The position numbers and the translations under genes were made by a program. A DNA stretch of 64,000 bases from an uncultured Candidatus Saccharibacteria bacterium (GTDB lineage Bacteria; Patescibacteriota; Minisyncoccia; Phycocordibacterales; G965230995): positions 211,768 to 275,767 of the forward strand of contig OZ246398.1 of assembly GCA_965230995.1 (NCBI GenBank), given 5' to 3'. A model generated the notes under the pieces. It saw only the letters and a program-made list of their open reading frames with translations. It did not search any database and was not told the origin of the DNA. Shown in pieces: positions 9,970-17,810 of this stretch (position 1 is the stretch's first letter; the number at the start of each line of letters is the position of its first letter).

Positions 9970-10674
9970 ATGCTGTACGTATTTTATGGAAGTGACCAAA
10001 AGACATCAGGAAAAAAGGTGTCTGCCACAATAGAAAAGCTAAAGGAAAAAAGACCTAATGCTAATTTTTTTCGTATTGAATCAAAAGAAATACAACCGGG
10101 GAGATTAACCGAACTTTCAAAGAGTGTTGGTCTTTTTGAAAACAAACACATCGTCTTTCTTTCTTTTCCACTTGAAATAGAAGAAAAAAAAGAAATATTT
10201 TTGGCTTCAGTAGAAGAAATGCAGGATTCAGAAAGTGTTTTCATTGTTCTCGAGGGGGAGATCGATAAAAAAATCGTGACTTTGCTTGAAAAAAGTTCTG
10301 AAAAAATATTAGAAAGCCAAGCCGGCAAGGAAAAAGGAGATAAAAATTTTGCTTTTGGAGATGCTTTGGTCGGAAAGGATAAAAAAAATAGCTGGCTATT
10401 ATTTAGAGATATGGTTGATCACGGAGCTTCTGCCGAAGAATTACAAGCAATGATTTGGTGGAATTATAAAACCCTAAAAATAGCTAAAGATACAGAAAAC
10501 GCCAAAGAATCTGGCCTACATCCATTTGTTTTTCAAAAGATGAAAAGGGCAAGTAGTAAATTTACAGAAAAAGAAATATCAGAAAAACTGCAAACTTTAG
10601 TTGATATTTATTACAAAGGACATTCTGGCGATAAAGATATGATACTTTTGCTCGAGAAAATGATTTTGTCGTAA
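9970..10674 (+). CDS. Probable DNA polymerase III delta subunit (HolA-like), short
   Basis: Starts MLYVFYGSD like HolA, immediately after the polA stop. Call is from overall pattern only. Track start 9940 overlaps polA; the internal Met at 9970 is preferred. Confidence 0.4.
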   Translation: MLYVFYGSDQKTSGKKVSATIEKLKEKRPNANFFRIESKEIQPGRLTELSKSVGLFENKHIVFLSFPLEIEEKKEIFLASVEEMQDSESVFIVLEGEIDKKIVTLLEKSSEKILESQAGKEKGDKNFAFGDALVGKDKKNSWLLFRDMVDHGASAEELQAMIWWNYKTLKIAKDTENAKESGLHPFVFQKMKRASSKFTEKEISEKLQTLVDIYYKGHSGDKDMILLLEKMILS

Positions 10675-10767
10675 GTCTTTCTTTTTGTTTTTCAATATGG
10701 TATAAAGTTTAACTGTAATATGTTTATAACCAAGCAGGGTAGAGGATAACAATAAACATAAAAATAT

Positions 10768-10840
10768 GCGCCCATAGCTCAGTCGGTAGAGCAGTTGCCT
10801 TTTAAGCAAACGGTCGTAGGTTCGATTCCTACTGGGCGCA
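10768..10840 (+). tRNA. tRNA-Lys (anticodon UUU)
   Basis: Folded by hand: acceptor GCGCCCA/TGGGCGC, D-arm GCTC-AGTCGGTA-GAGC, anticodon loop CTTTTAA, T-arm GTAGG-TTCGATT-CCTAC, discriminator A. No encoded CCA. Confidence 0.85.
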
Positions 10841-10841
10841 C

Positions 10842-10872
10842 AAAATTAAAAGCCGAAAGGCTTTTTAATTTT
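10842..10872 (+). terminator. Long hairpin (about 13-bp stem, GAAA loop) plus T-run directly 3' of tRNA-Lys
   Basis: aaaattaaaagcc-gaaa-ggctttttaatttt. Confidence 0.4.
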
Positions 10873-11009
10873 GTGCGCCCAAGCAAGTCCGGGGGACTTG
10901 CGTGTAGGAATCGAAGCCCGATTGAGTATAATTACGAGTCCGTTTAGGACGAAGTAATTATCCAATCGGGGTACTGACCCTGTAAGGGTCGATTCCTCCT
11001 CTGCGCACA
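10873..11009 (+). repeat. A-type tRNA-linked structured element. Its 5' arm is the complement of the tRNA-Lys 3' end, followed by a conserved nested-stem core, then a near-copy of the tRNA-Lys 3' end.
   Basis: 5' part GTGCGCCCA-(hairpin)-GTGTAGGAATCGAA is the reverse complement of the tRNA 3' end. Core GAAGCCCGATTGAG..ATAATTACGAGTCCGTTTAGGACGAAGTAATTATCCAATCGGGGTACTGA is shared with 26868..27042 and partly with 30112..30271. 3' end GGGTCGATTCCTCCTCTGCGCACA resembles the tRNA-Lys 3' end. Confidence 0.5.
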
Positions 11010-11066
11010 TCGCAACAATAGAAAAACACCTCTGATTTTCAAGGTGTTTTTCTTTTGCGATGTGCG

Positions 11067-11231
11067 AGCCGGACTGAAGCGGAGCGGAGGGAGGCGGGGT
11101 CGCGACTTCGTCTTGAGTTCACGAAAGACGAAAGTTGTGACCACAAAATTAATAACAAAAGGTACACTGTCCATGTAATGGAAGATTCCTACTGCTGAAC
11201 TTTTTTAAGTGACCCCGTAAGGCTCGATTCC
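11067..11231 (+). repeat. B-type G-rich module plus two further degenerate tRNA-Lys T-arm/3' copies
   Basis: GCCGGACTGAAGCGGAGCGGAGGGAGGCGGGGTCGCGA motif shared with 27090..27316 and 25391..25514. Partial tRNA 3' copies GATTCCTACTG (about 11184) and GGCTCGATTCC (about 11221). Confidence 0.4.
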
Positions 11232-11235
11232 TTTT

Positions 11236-11670
11236 TTGACTTTTAATAAAAAATATTGCAACATTATACCGTCATCGGTTTTTAAAGCTGTTGACCTCGG
11301 TGGTATTGTGCCACTGAGAACTGTACCTTTGAGGTGTTTTATGGCTTTGCTTTGTGATGAAACTGGGAAAGACATTCGTTTTGGAGGTGTTCTCATGGCA
11401 GCTAAGCGCCGTGAGGAAACCACCTACTACGCACTGAGTGGCGAGGCGATCAATCGAATTCCGGTGTCCGAACGGCGCAATACCCCATGCCGTAAGGGGG
11501 AGTTGGGCGTGGACATCTATGAAGCAAGTTCCTCCTGCGGCTACAACGGAAGCTATACCCTGAGCGACTTTACTATGGGGGAGTTCAGCTTCTCCATCTC
11601 GAGACAGGTCGCCCAGAAGTACTTGCCGAATCACTACTCGCACTACCCGCCGGCTCAACGCAGGTCGTGA
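11236..11670 (+). CDS. Hypothetical protein in a GC-rich, apparently foreign segment. The likely true start is the internal ATG near 11395 (MAAKRREETTYYALSGE...).
   Basis: Clear switch to GC-rich, GC3-rich codons from about 11290. Long ORFs on both strands, as expected for GC-rich DNA. Function unknown. Confidence 0.3.
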   Translation: MTFNKKYCNIIPSSVFKAVDLGGIVPLRTVPLRCFMALLCDETGKDIRFGGVLMAAKRREETTYYALSGEAINRIPVSERRNTPCRKGELGVDIYEASSSCGYNGSYTLSDFTMGEFSFSISRQVAQKYLPNHYSHYPPAQRRS

Positions 11671-11777
11671 ACAGAGCTCGTGTGATCATCATCGAACCCC
11701 TCGCAGACTCACAATCTGTTAGGGGCTCTTTCTTTACCATCCTTGCTACTTTCTTCTCATTTTTATAGGATAACTTA

Positions 11778-12158
11778 ATGGAAAAAACTAAAGGGGAAAA
11801 TGGACGTGTTATTGCTTTTGATTTTGACGGCGTAATTGCAAGATATGAAGGCTTTGTTTCTGGTGAGCATACAAACGAACCAATAGAAGAAGTTAGAGAG
11901 GCGATAAGACTATTAAAAGAAAATAATTATCGCATACTGATACATTCAACTAGGGGAGATGAGGTTGTTAGAAAGTATTGTGTTGAACACTCGATACCTT
12001 TTGATTTTATAAACAGAAGGGATGATAAATTTGGCGATAATCCAGGAAAACCAATAGCTTTTGTTTATGTTGATGATCGAGCGATTTGTTATCGAGGTCA
12101 AAAAGCCAGCGAATTAGTAAAAGAGATAGAAAACTTTAAGGCACATTGGGAGAAATAA
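11778..12158 (+). CDS. Small HAD-superfamily-like phosphatase or hydrolase
   Basis: N-terminal FDFDGVI resembles HAD motif I (DxDG). Only 126 aa. Confidence 0.45.
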   Translation: MEKTKGENGRVIAFDFDGVIARYEGFVSGEHTNEPIEEVREAIRLLKENNYRILIHSTRGDEVVRKYCVEHSIPFDFINRRDDKFGDNPGKPIAFVYVDDRAICYRGQKASELVKEIENFKAHWEK

Positions 12159-12159
12159 A

Positions 12160-12636
12160 ATGTCTAAAAAAGAAATAATTCTGGTTCTGCACGATATTCG
12201 TAGCGCCCAAAATGTTGGGGCGATATTTCGTACTGCTGACGGGGTGGGGGTCTCTAGGATTATTATTTCAGGATATACTCCAGCACCGGTTGACCGCTTT
12301 GGACGGGAGAGAAAAGATATTTCAAAAACTGCACTTGGAGCCGAGAAAACTATTCCTTTTAAAGTTGTAAAAAATATTACAAACGAAATTAAAAAATTCA
12401 AAAACGAAGGTTTTGAAATAGTTTGTCTAGAACAATCAGAGGAAAGTATAGATTACAAAAAATATAAGCCAAAAAACAAAGTGGTTTTTATTGTCGGTAA
12501 TGAAGTCCTCGGTGTTTCAAAAAATATTTTAGAGAAAAGTGACAAGATAATCGAAATACCAATGCGAGGACAAAAAGAATCTCTAAATGTTTCCGTCGCA
12601 ACGGGAGTTGCTCTGTTTAGGATATTTGATTTTTAA
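12160..12636 (+). CDS. SpoU/TrmH family RNA 2'-O-methyltransferase (SPOUT)
   Basis: IILVLHDIRSAQNVGAIFRTADGVGV and a C-terminal IPM.G...SLNVSVATGVALF are SpoU motifs. Confidence 0.75.
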   Translation: MSKKEIILVLHDIRSAQNVGAIFRTADGVGVSRIIISGYTPAPVDRFGRERKDISKTALGAEKTIPFKVVKNITNEIKKFKNEGFEIVCLEQSEESIDYKKYKPKNKVVFIVGNEVLGVSKNILEKSDKIIEIPMRGQKESLNVSVATGVALFRIFDF

Positions 12637-13538
12637 TATCCGTAAGAATAGGTATCGACCACTTTTCCATTTTTGTCGAACATATCTAATGTGTCTTTGC
12701 TGATTCTCCAGAGCGGTTGTGAACTTCTGAGGAAAATCCTCCATTCATTTTTGTAAAAATCGTCGTCATTTTTGTGTTTAGAAACACAAGTAGGGTAGTT
12801 TACTTTTTGATTTATATATTCAGTACATTGACTGCTAAAATTTGGAATTGATTCAATTTGTACTTCGCATCTATTCATATCGTCGATAAAATCAAAACAC
12901 TTTTCATTATCGAGAGAATATGGAATACCCTCGACATCGTCGATAGGGTAAGGGCAGTATTCTGTAATGTAGGGTTTAAAATCATAGAATTGATTGTGAT
13001 AACCGCTGCAAATGTTTGCTCGGAAAGATTCCCCAATCGGAGATGTTCCTGTGTTTATATAAATATATTGGCTTTTTGAAACTTCTATATTAGATATGTA
13101 TGAATTATTGTTAGGTAAATATAGGTTTGAGCCTTTTGGTATCGTAATAGTATTTCCCGTCAAACGGCTTTTGATAGTCCAGCCCGTAATGTCTATTGGA
13201 GTGTCTATGTCGTAGGATGATCTGAGGGTTAAATATTCGTTATCTATATTTCTGTTTGATGGCGTGTAAACACCAGCGATTGTAACCATTTCAAAATATG
13301 GTGATCTCGTTTCTTTTTCTTTTGTTTCTCTGATTTCTTCTTCGAGCTCGGTGACTCTTTCTTTTGTTTCTTTTATCTTTTGTTCAATTTCTGTCTTTGT
13401 AAGAGGTTCGGTTTTTTCCGTTGTTTGTTTTGATTTGTTTGAATTTTGCTCGCCAGTTAGGGGAAAGTCAGTTCCAAAGAAAACTCCTATCATAAGGACA
13501 ATCATAAGAACTATAAAAAACCCTGTGTTGTCTTTCAT
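12633..13538 (-). CDS. Hypothetical membrane-anchored protein (N-terminal TM, coiled coil, Cys-rich beta-rich domain, possibly lamin-tail-like)
   Basis: TM segment FFIVLMIVLMIGVFF, a charged coiled-coil stretch, and an ITGWTIKS-type motif. Confidence 0.45.
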   Translation of the reverse strand: MKDNTGFFIVLMIVLMIGVFFGTDFPLTGEQNSNKSKQTTEKTEPLTKTEIEQKIKETKERVTELEEEIRETKEKETRSPYFEMVTIAGVYTPSNRNIDNEYLTLRSSYDIDTPIDITGWTIKSRLTGNTITIPKGSNLYLPNNNSYISNIEVSKSQYIYINTGTSPIGESFRANICSGYHNQFYDFKPYITEYCPYPIDDVEGIPYSLDNEKCFDFIDDMNRCEVQIESIPNFSSQCTEYINQKVNYPTCVSKHKNDDDFYKNEWRIFLRSSQPLWRISKDTLDMFDKNGKVVDTYSYGY

Positions 13539-14443
13539 TATCTTTGATGTTTATCACAATAATGAGCACTGCGTCCGCCCAAAACCGTTCTTTGTATTAT
13601 ACCCCCACATCCATTTTTTGGACACTTTTCTCCGCGTCTACCATACGCTTTGTGAAAGTTTTGGAAACCACCTTTTTCTCCAAAGGCATTTCTATAATCA
13701 GAAAGAGAATCACCTCCCATACCAATAGAACGAACTAATATTTTTCTTGTATGTTTAAAAATATTTTTCCATTCAGTATCTGTAACGTCTATTGTTTTTC
13801 GAAAAGGGGATACGCCGGCTTCAAAAAGTATTTCATCTGAATATATGTTTCCGATGCCCGACACAAGTGTCTGGTCGAGTAATGCTTGTTTCATCGGGAG
13901 ATTGGCTCTCTTTTGTATAAAGTCTCGCATTTCTTTCCATGTGTTTATGTCTGAAAGAGGGTCGGGACCGAGCTTGGCCAAATCTTTGTGGTCTTTGTGA
14001 TTGCCGATAAATAAAGTCACTGTTGCAAATTTTCTAGCATCAGAAAGCACGAGAGTCTTTCCTGATTTTAATATAAAAGCAGTGTGAACAAATCTATTAT
14101 ATGGATCGGCAAGGGGGCTGTTCTTGTCTTTTGGTGTCCAGCGATTTTCTTTTTTATGAAATATATAATCACCAACCATAAGATGGCCGGTCATTTTCAT
14201 GTGAACAATAATGTGAGTTTTCTTTTCCAGATGAATGACAATATATTTTGCCATTCTAGAAACACTGGTGATTTTTTTACCTCTGATTTCTTTTTTGAAG
14301 TGTGCAAAAAATTCCGGATCCTTTATATGTTCCTTGTTTTTGTAAAATGGGGAATTGAGGTCAGTCCAAACGTCAGTAATGGTTTCACCTATGAGAGTCC
14401 TCAAACCCCTTACGGTTGTTTCTACTTCTGGTAATTCTGGCAT
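13538..14443 (-). CDS. fpg: Formamidopyrimidine-DNA glycosylase (Fpg/MutM/Nei family)
   Basis: N-terminal MPELPEVET with catalytic Pro2 and Glu3. C-terminal zinc finger C..C....C..C. Confidence 0.85.
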   Translation of the reverse strand: MPELPEVETTVRGLRTLIGETITDVWTDLNSPFYKNKEHIKDPEFFAHFKKEIRGKKITSVSRMAKYIVIHLEKKTHIIVHMKMTGHLMVGDYIFHKKENRWTPKDKNSPLADPYNRFVHTAFILKSGKTLVLSDARKFATVTLFIGNHKDHKDLAKLGPDPLSDINTWKEMRDFIQKRANLPMKQALLDQTLVSGIGNIYSDEILFEAGVSPFRKTIDVTDTEWKNIFKHTRKILVRSIGMGGDSLSDYRNAFGEKGGFQNFHKAYGRRGEKCPKNGCGGIIQRTVLGGRSAHYCDKHQR

Positions 14444-14595
14444 ATTTTGATGCTAGCAAAAAAGGCCAGATAAAGCCATTGTGATTTTGTTTAGTATAAA
14501 TAGTTGACATAGCCTAGATAAAGGCGTATAATATATAGAGATAGTCAAAAGCACCTTTAAATAAGGATTTGCGAAAAATCTCAAACACAGATCAA

Positions 14596-14653
14596 GTAGC
14601 CACAGCTTTTTGTGTCTAATGTCCAAAATATGGACACAAAAAGCTGTGGCTAC
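14596..14653. promoter_or_regulatory. Perfect 21-bp inverted repeat with a 16-nt spacer, in the divergent region between fpg and a GC-rich ORF
   Basis: GTAGCCACAGCTTTTTGTGTC ... GACACAAAAAGCTGTGGCTAC. The spacer holds a second small palindrome, TGTCCA..TGGACA. Confidence 0.4.
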
Positions 14654-14715
14654 CATGTCGGTAGGCCAAGCGTAACATGCTATCCACAAGATAGCGCAAC
14701 ATAGGGGTAACCCTT

Positions 14716-15339
14716 ATGAGCACCGCAACGTTGGCGCAGGGAAAGCATCTGCTGGAACTCGCAGCACAGAATGGCTTGTCTTTCGAGGGGCACAACAGTC
14801 TCACTCAGAAAGGTCTTTTGGCCGATTTGTTCGAGGCTGCAGGTAATGGGAATCTCAACACTGTCAACCGGGATGAGTTTCGGAAGATCCTTGGTCTCGC
14901 GCCCCTCGCTATGGAAATGGTTTTGGACTACAGCCAGACGCTCGAGCAGATGATCGCCACCTGGCATTTTGACGGGTGGAATCGCGCCGTCACAATCGAG
15001 CGGTTTCCGATGCTCGGGACGGGCAAGGTTACACTTAAGCCCGAGCTCATACACTTCGACCACTGTATGTCCATCGAAGATGCGGGGGATACTATGGTAA
15101 AGCGCAAGCTCCGTCCTCCAACCCTCGCGGAACTTCTTGCTTTCGGGGCGAAGTATCCCGAACTGCAACGTAAGTTTCCGATCGTCGCGCTCGGTCAGTG
15201 TGCCAGGATCGGTGACTCTCTGTGCTTTCCGTTCCTCGACGGTACCGACGGTAGGCGCTGGCTCGATCTGGGTTGTTGCGAGGAAGGCTGTCAAAAATAC
15301 TGCCGTTTCCTCGGCGTTCGCAGTCTGAGTTCATTCTGA
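14716..15339 (+). CDS. Hypothetical protein encoded in a GC-rich (apparently foreign) island
   Basis: 207-aa ORF with balanced composition. The overlapping minus-strand ORF 14680..15294 is Arg-rich and is judged the spurious partner. GGGG-type ribosome-binding site upstream. Confidence 0.35.
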   Translation: MSTATLAQGKHLLELAAQNGLSFEGHNSLTQKGLLADLFEAAGNGNLNTVNRDEFRKILGLAPLAMEMVLDYSQTLEQMIATWHFDGWNRAVTIERFPMLGTGKVTLKPELIHFDHCMSIEDAGDTMVKRKLRPPTLAELLAFGAKYPELQRKFPIVALGQCARIGDSLCFPFLDGTDGRRWLDLGCCEEGCQKYCRFLGVRSLSSF

Positions 15340-15544
15340 TCTGGAAGCGAGAATCAGTCCTTCGCATACAACTAACCAAACGCTTGGGAGAATAGCGTTA
15401 AACTCCACCTCGTGCAATTTGTCCCTCGGACACTTTGACCCTTCAGTACACCTTGCTCGGCAAGCTCTGTACCGAAGGGTCGATTTTTTATATAAAAAGA
15501 CTGAGTATAATTTTGTAATTAGTAATGCAATTAGTGTTCTTGGG

Positions 15545-16831
15545 TTATTTCAAAACCTTCTCCAATTCTTCTCTCACCACGGTTGCATCATCCCAAGGTT
15601 CTTTGCTTCCGTTTGGACCCATAATATATGGGTCGGTGCCTTTTCCAGTAATAATCACAACATCGTTTTCTTTTGCATATTTTAGAGCTGTATTTATTGC
15701 TTCTCTTCGGTCCAAGATTATTTCATAAGGAGTTATCTCTATTCCTTTTGCCATTTGTTCCAATATTTCTTTTGGATCCTCGTCGTAAGGGTCTTCGTTG
15801 GTTAGAATTATTTTTGAACAAAAAGTGTCGGCAATTTTTCCCATTTCTGGTCTTTTCCAAACATCTCGCCCTCCACCCGTGTTACCTAAAATACATATTT
15901 TATTATCGTGTTCGTATGCACCGTAAATTGCTTCGAGAGAGCTCGGAGTGTGGGCATAGTCTACAATCACGGTAAACTTTTGTTTTTTTTCGAGAGGATT
16001 ATTTGATTCCAGTGTTATTTTCTCTCCTCGTCCTCTGATTAGATTTAAACCCGATACTCCTTTTCTAATATTTTCGAGAGACACACCGAAAGCCTGCGCC
16101 ATTTTTGCACAAGCTAAAATATTTAGGATATTAAATTTTCCAGGAAGTTTTGTTTGAATCAATGTCTTTTCTAAAAAGAAAGCAGAGCCGTCATTTTGTA
16201 ATTTTATGTCTGTGGCGTCAGAAATAGAGAAGGGGATTTTTGTTTTGATATTCAAAGCCAAAAAGTCTTTCCCGTGTTTGTCGTCTTCGTTTGCAACGAG
16301 AACCTTTTTTTGTTTGCTTGATCTGGCTAGGCTTTTTGCGATTGATAATTTTGCATTTAAATAATTTTCAAAACCTCCGTGAGATTCTATGTGTTCAGGT
16401 GATATATTGAGAAAAATCAAACCATTTAGGAAAGTAAAAAAATGTCGGAATTGTCTTGCTCCTTCGGATGTTATTTCTAATATTGCAATATCACATTTTG
16501 CATTAACAGAATCACGCAAAAACTTTTGTACAAAAAATCTTCCTGGTAGTGTCATTTTGTACATATTGCGAACACTTTTTTCTCCGATTTTTATACGAAG
16601 AGTTCCGGCGAGGGAAGTCTTTAAACCTTGCGCCTCGAACATTGCGTTTAATATTTCAGCAGAGCTGGTTTTTCCTTTTGTGCCTGTTATACCGATTACG
16701 GTGATATGTTTTCCGGGAAATCTGTAAACTATTGCCCCGATTAAAGCAAGTAGAAAATGATAGATCGGTCTTATGGAATCAACTATATTTTTTGGAACAA
16801 GTTTTTTTATGTTTCGAAGTATTCCTTCCAT
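15545..16831 (-). CDS. Mur ligase family protein (MurE/MurF-like, or MurT-like lacking the N-terminal domain)
   Basis: P-loop GITGTKGKTS, DYAHTP motif, C-terminal Mur ligase domain. Confidence 0.6.
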   Translation of the reverse strand: MEGILRNIKKLVPKNIVDSIRPIYHFLLALIGAIVYRFPGKHITVIGITGTKGKTSSAEILNAMFEAQGLKTSLAGTLRIKIGEKSVRNMYKMTLPGRFFVQKFLRDSVNAKCDIAILEITSEGARQFRHFFTFLNGLIFLNISPEHIESHGGFENYLNAKLSIAKSLARSSKQKKVLVANEDDKHGKDFLALNIKTKIPFSISDATDIKLQNDGSAFFLEKTLIQTKLPGKFNILNILACAKMAQAFGVSLENIRKGVSGLNLIRGRGEKITLESNNPLEKKQKFTVIVDYAHTPSSLEAIYGAYEHDNKICILGNTGGGRDVWKRPEMGKIADTFCSKIILTNEDPYDEDPKEILEQMAKGIEITPYEIILDRREAINTALKYAKENDVVIITGKGTDPYIMGPNGSKEPWDDATVVREELEKVLK

Positions 16832-16832
16832 G

Positions 16833-17408
16833 TTATTTTCCTAAAAATTTTAAAGCGTATTTTATCTTTTCTTCTGTTCTTTCAATATCTTTTGGCATAT
16901 TTTTTAGTGCGTCCCTTGCGTCTTTTTGTGTATATCCGAGAGAAATAAGCGCATCAATTGCATCGAGTCCCTTTGATTCTTTCCTTGCTTGTGCAATTTC
17001 TGATTCTATCGCCGATATTTTTCCAGACAGACCAGATACAATTTTTTCTGCGTTCTTTCTTCCGATCCCGGATATTTTTGTGAGGTGTTCAGGGTCTTCT
17101 GAAATTATTGCTGTTTTTATAATCTCAGGAGATGCGACTTCGAGTATTCCAAGCGCAGACTTTGGCCCTATACCTGGAAGGGTAATCAAAAGTTCAAAAT
17201 ATTCCAATTCATTTAATGTCGGGAAACCATAAAGGTCGAGAGCATCGTCTTTTACGGCAAGGTGGGTAAATAGGGAAATGGGGGCGTCTTTCGGGTGTTT
17301 TAATTTGGTCGCAGTAGTGACAAAAACCTTGTAACCAATGTTATTCGTTAAAACAACTATGTATTTGGGAGCAATGTGTATAACCGAGCCTTCTATATAT
17401 GAAATCAT
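16833..17408 (-). CDS. ruvA: Holliday junction DNA helicase subunit RuvA
   Basis: MISYIEGSVIHIAPKYIVVLTNNIGYKVFV aligns with the RuvA N-terminus. Contains a PGIG.K.A helix-hairpin-helix and a C-terminal domain. Track start 17504 adds 32 aa and overlaps rpsT, so the internal Met is preferred. Confidence 0.75.
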   Translation of the reverse strand: MISYIEGSVIHIAPKYIVVLTNNIGYKVFVTTATKLKHPKDAPISLFTHLAVKDDALDLYGFPTLNELEYFELLITLPGIGPKSALGILEVASPEIIKTAIISEDPEHLTKISGIGRKNAEKIVSGLSGKISAIESEIAQARKESKGLDAIDALISLGYTQKDARDALKNMPKDIERTEEKIKYALKFLGK

Positions 17409-17497
17409 AAGGTTATCATATCTCAATTTTGCTTTGTGATAAAGAAAGGCCAGACTCTTTACTTTTTCTTCGTTATTGTGTACTATTTCCCGCACAT

Positions 17498-17767
17498 ATG
17501 GCAATCATAAAATCAGCTAAAAAGAACATCCGAAAGTCGGCAAAAAACCGAGTTTTCAATTTGCGAAGATCAAGAGAAATCGAGAAAGTTGAGAAAGAAA
17601 TTTCAAAACTAGTTTCTGCAGGAAAAACAAAAGAGGCAAGAGAACTTTTGCCAAAGGCACAAAAAGCCCTCGACAAAGCAGCAAAGAAGGGGACAATAAA
17701 AGCCAATACTGCTTCAAGAAAAATCTCTCGACTATCTGCATTCGTTAAAAAAGCTTCAGTAAAATAA
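17498..17767 (+). CDS. rpsT: 30S ribosomal protein S20
   Basis: MAIIKSAKKNIRKSAKNR is the S20 N-terminus. Track ORF trimmed to this internal Met. Confidence 0.85.
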   Translation: MAIIKSAKKNIRKSAKNRVFNLRRSREIEKVEKEISKLVSAGKTKEARELLPKAQKALDKAAKKGTIKANTASRKISRLSAFVKKASVK

Positions 17768-17810
17768 ATTTTAAACAAAAACTCCGCGCAAGCGGAGTTT
17801 TTGTTAAAAA

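Noticed and set aside
7858-9999. Minus-strand ORFs (7858..8076, 8248..8883, 8968..9195, 9302..9514, 9556..9999) inside polA
   Set aside because: Antisense to polA with Ser/Phe/Ile-rich junk translations typical of AT-rich antisense frames.
10920-10990. Possible hammerhead ribozyme in the A-type element core (GA-GUCC...GGAC-GAA around a stem)
   Set aside because: The CUGAUGA and GAAA consensus boxes are incomplete (only ...ACGA-stem-CGAAG...), and the Leu copy loses the inner stem altogether. Recorded as a loose resemblance only.
10873-11009. Whether the downstream tRNA-like 3' copies are second tRNA genes, or the tRNA-like domain of a tmRNA
   Set aside because: No D-arm or anticodon arm can be folded. 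The T-arm 3' strand pairs with the element's own 5' arm instead of forming a T-stem. No tag-peptide reading frame with a terminal alanine-rich motif was found.
10597-11174. Track ORFs 10597..10809 and 10944..11174 (minus strand) over tRNA-Lys and its flanking elements
   Set aside because: They overlap a confidently folded tRNA and hairpin-rich repeats, and use non-ATG starts. Not coding.
14680-15294. Minus-strand 204-aa ORF overlapping the GC-rich plus-strand ORF 14716..15339
   Set aside because: Arg-rich, low-complexity composition. The plus-strand partner has a more protein-like composition and a ribosome-binding site. Neither can be proven without homology data.
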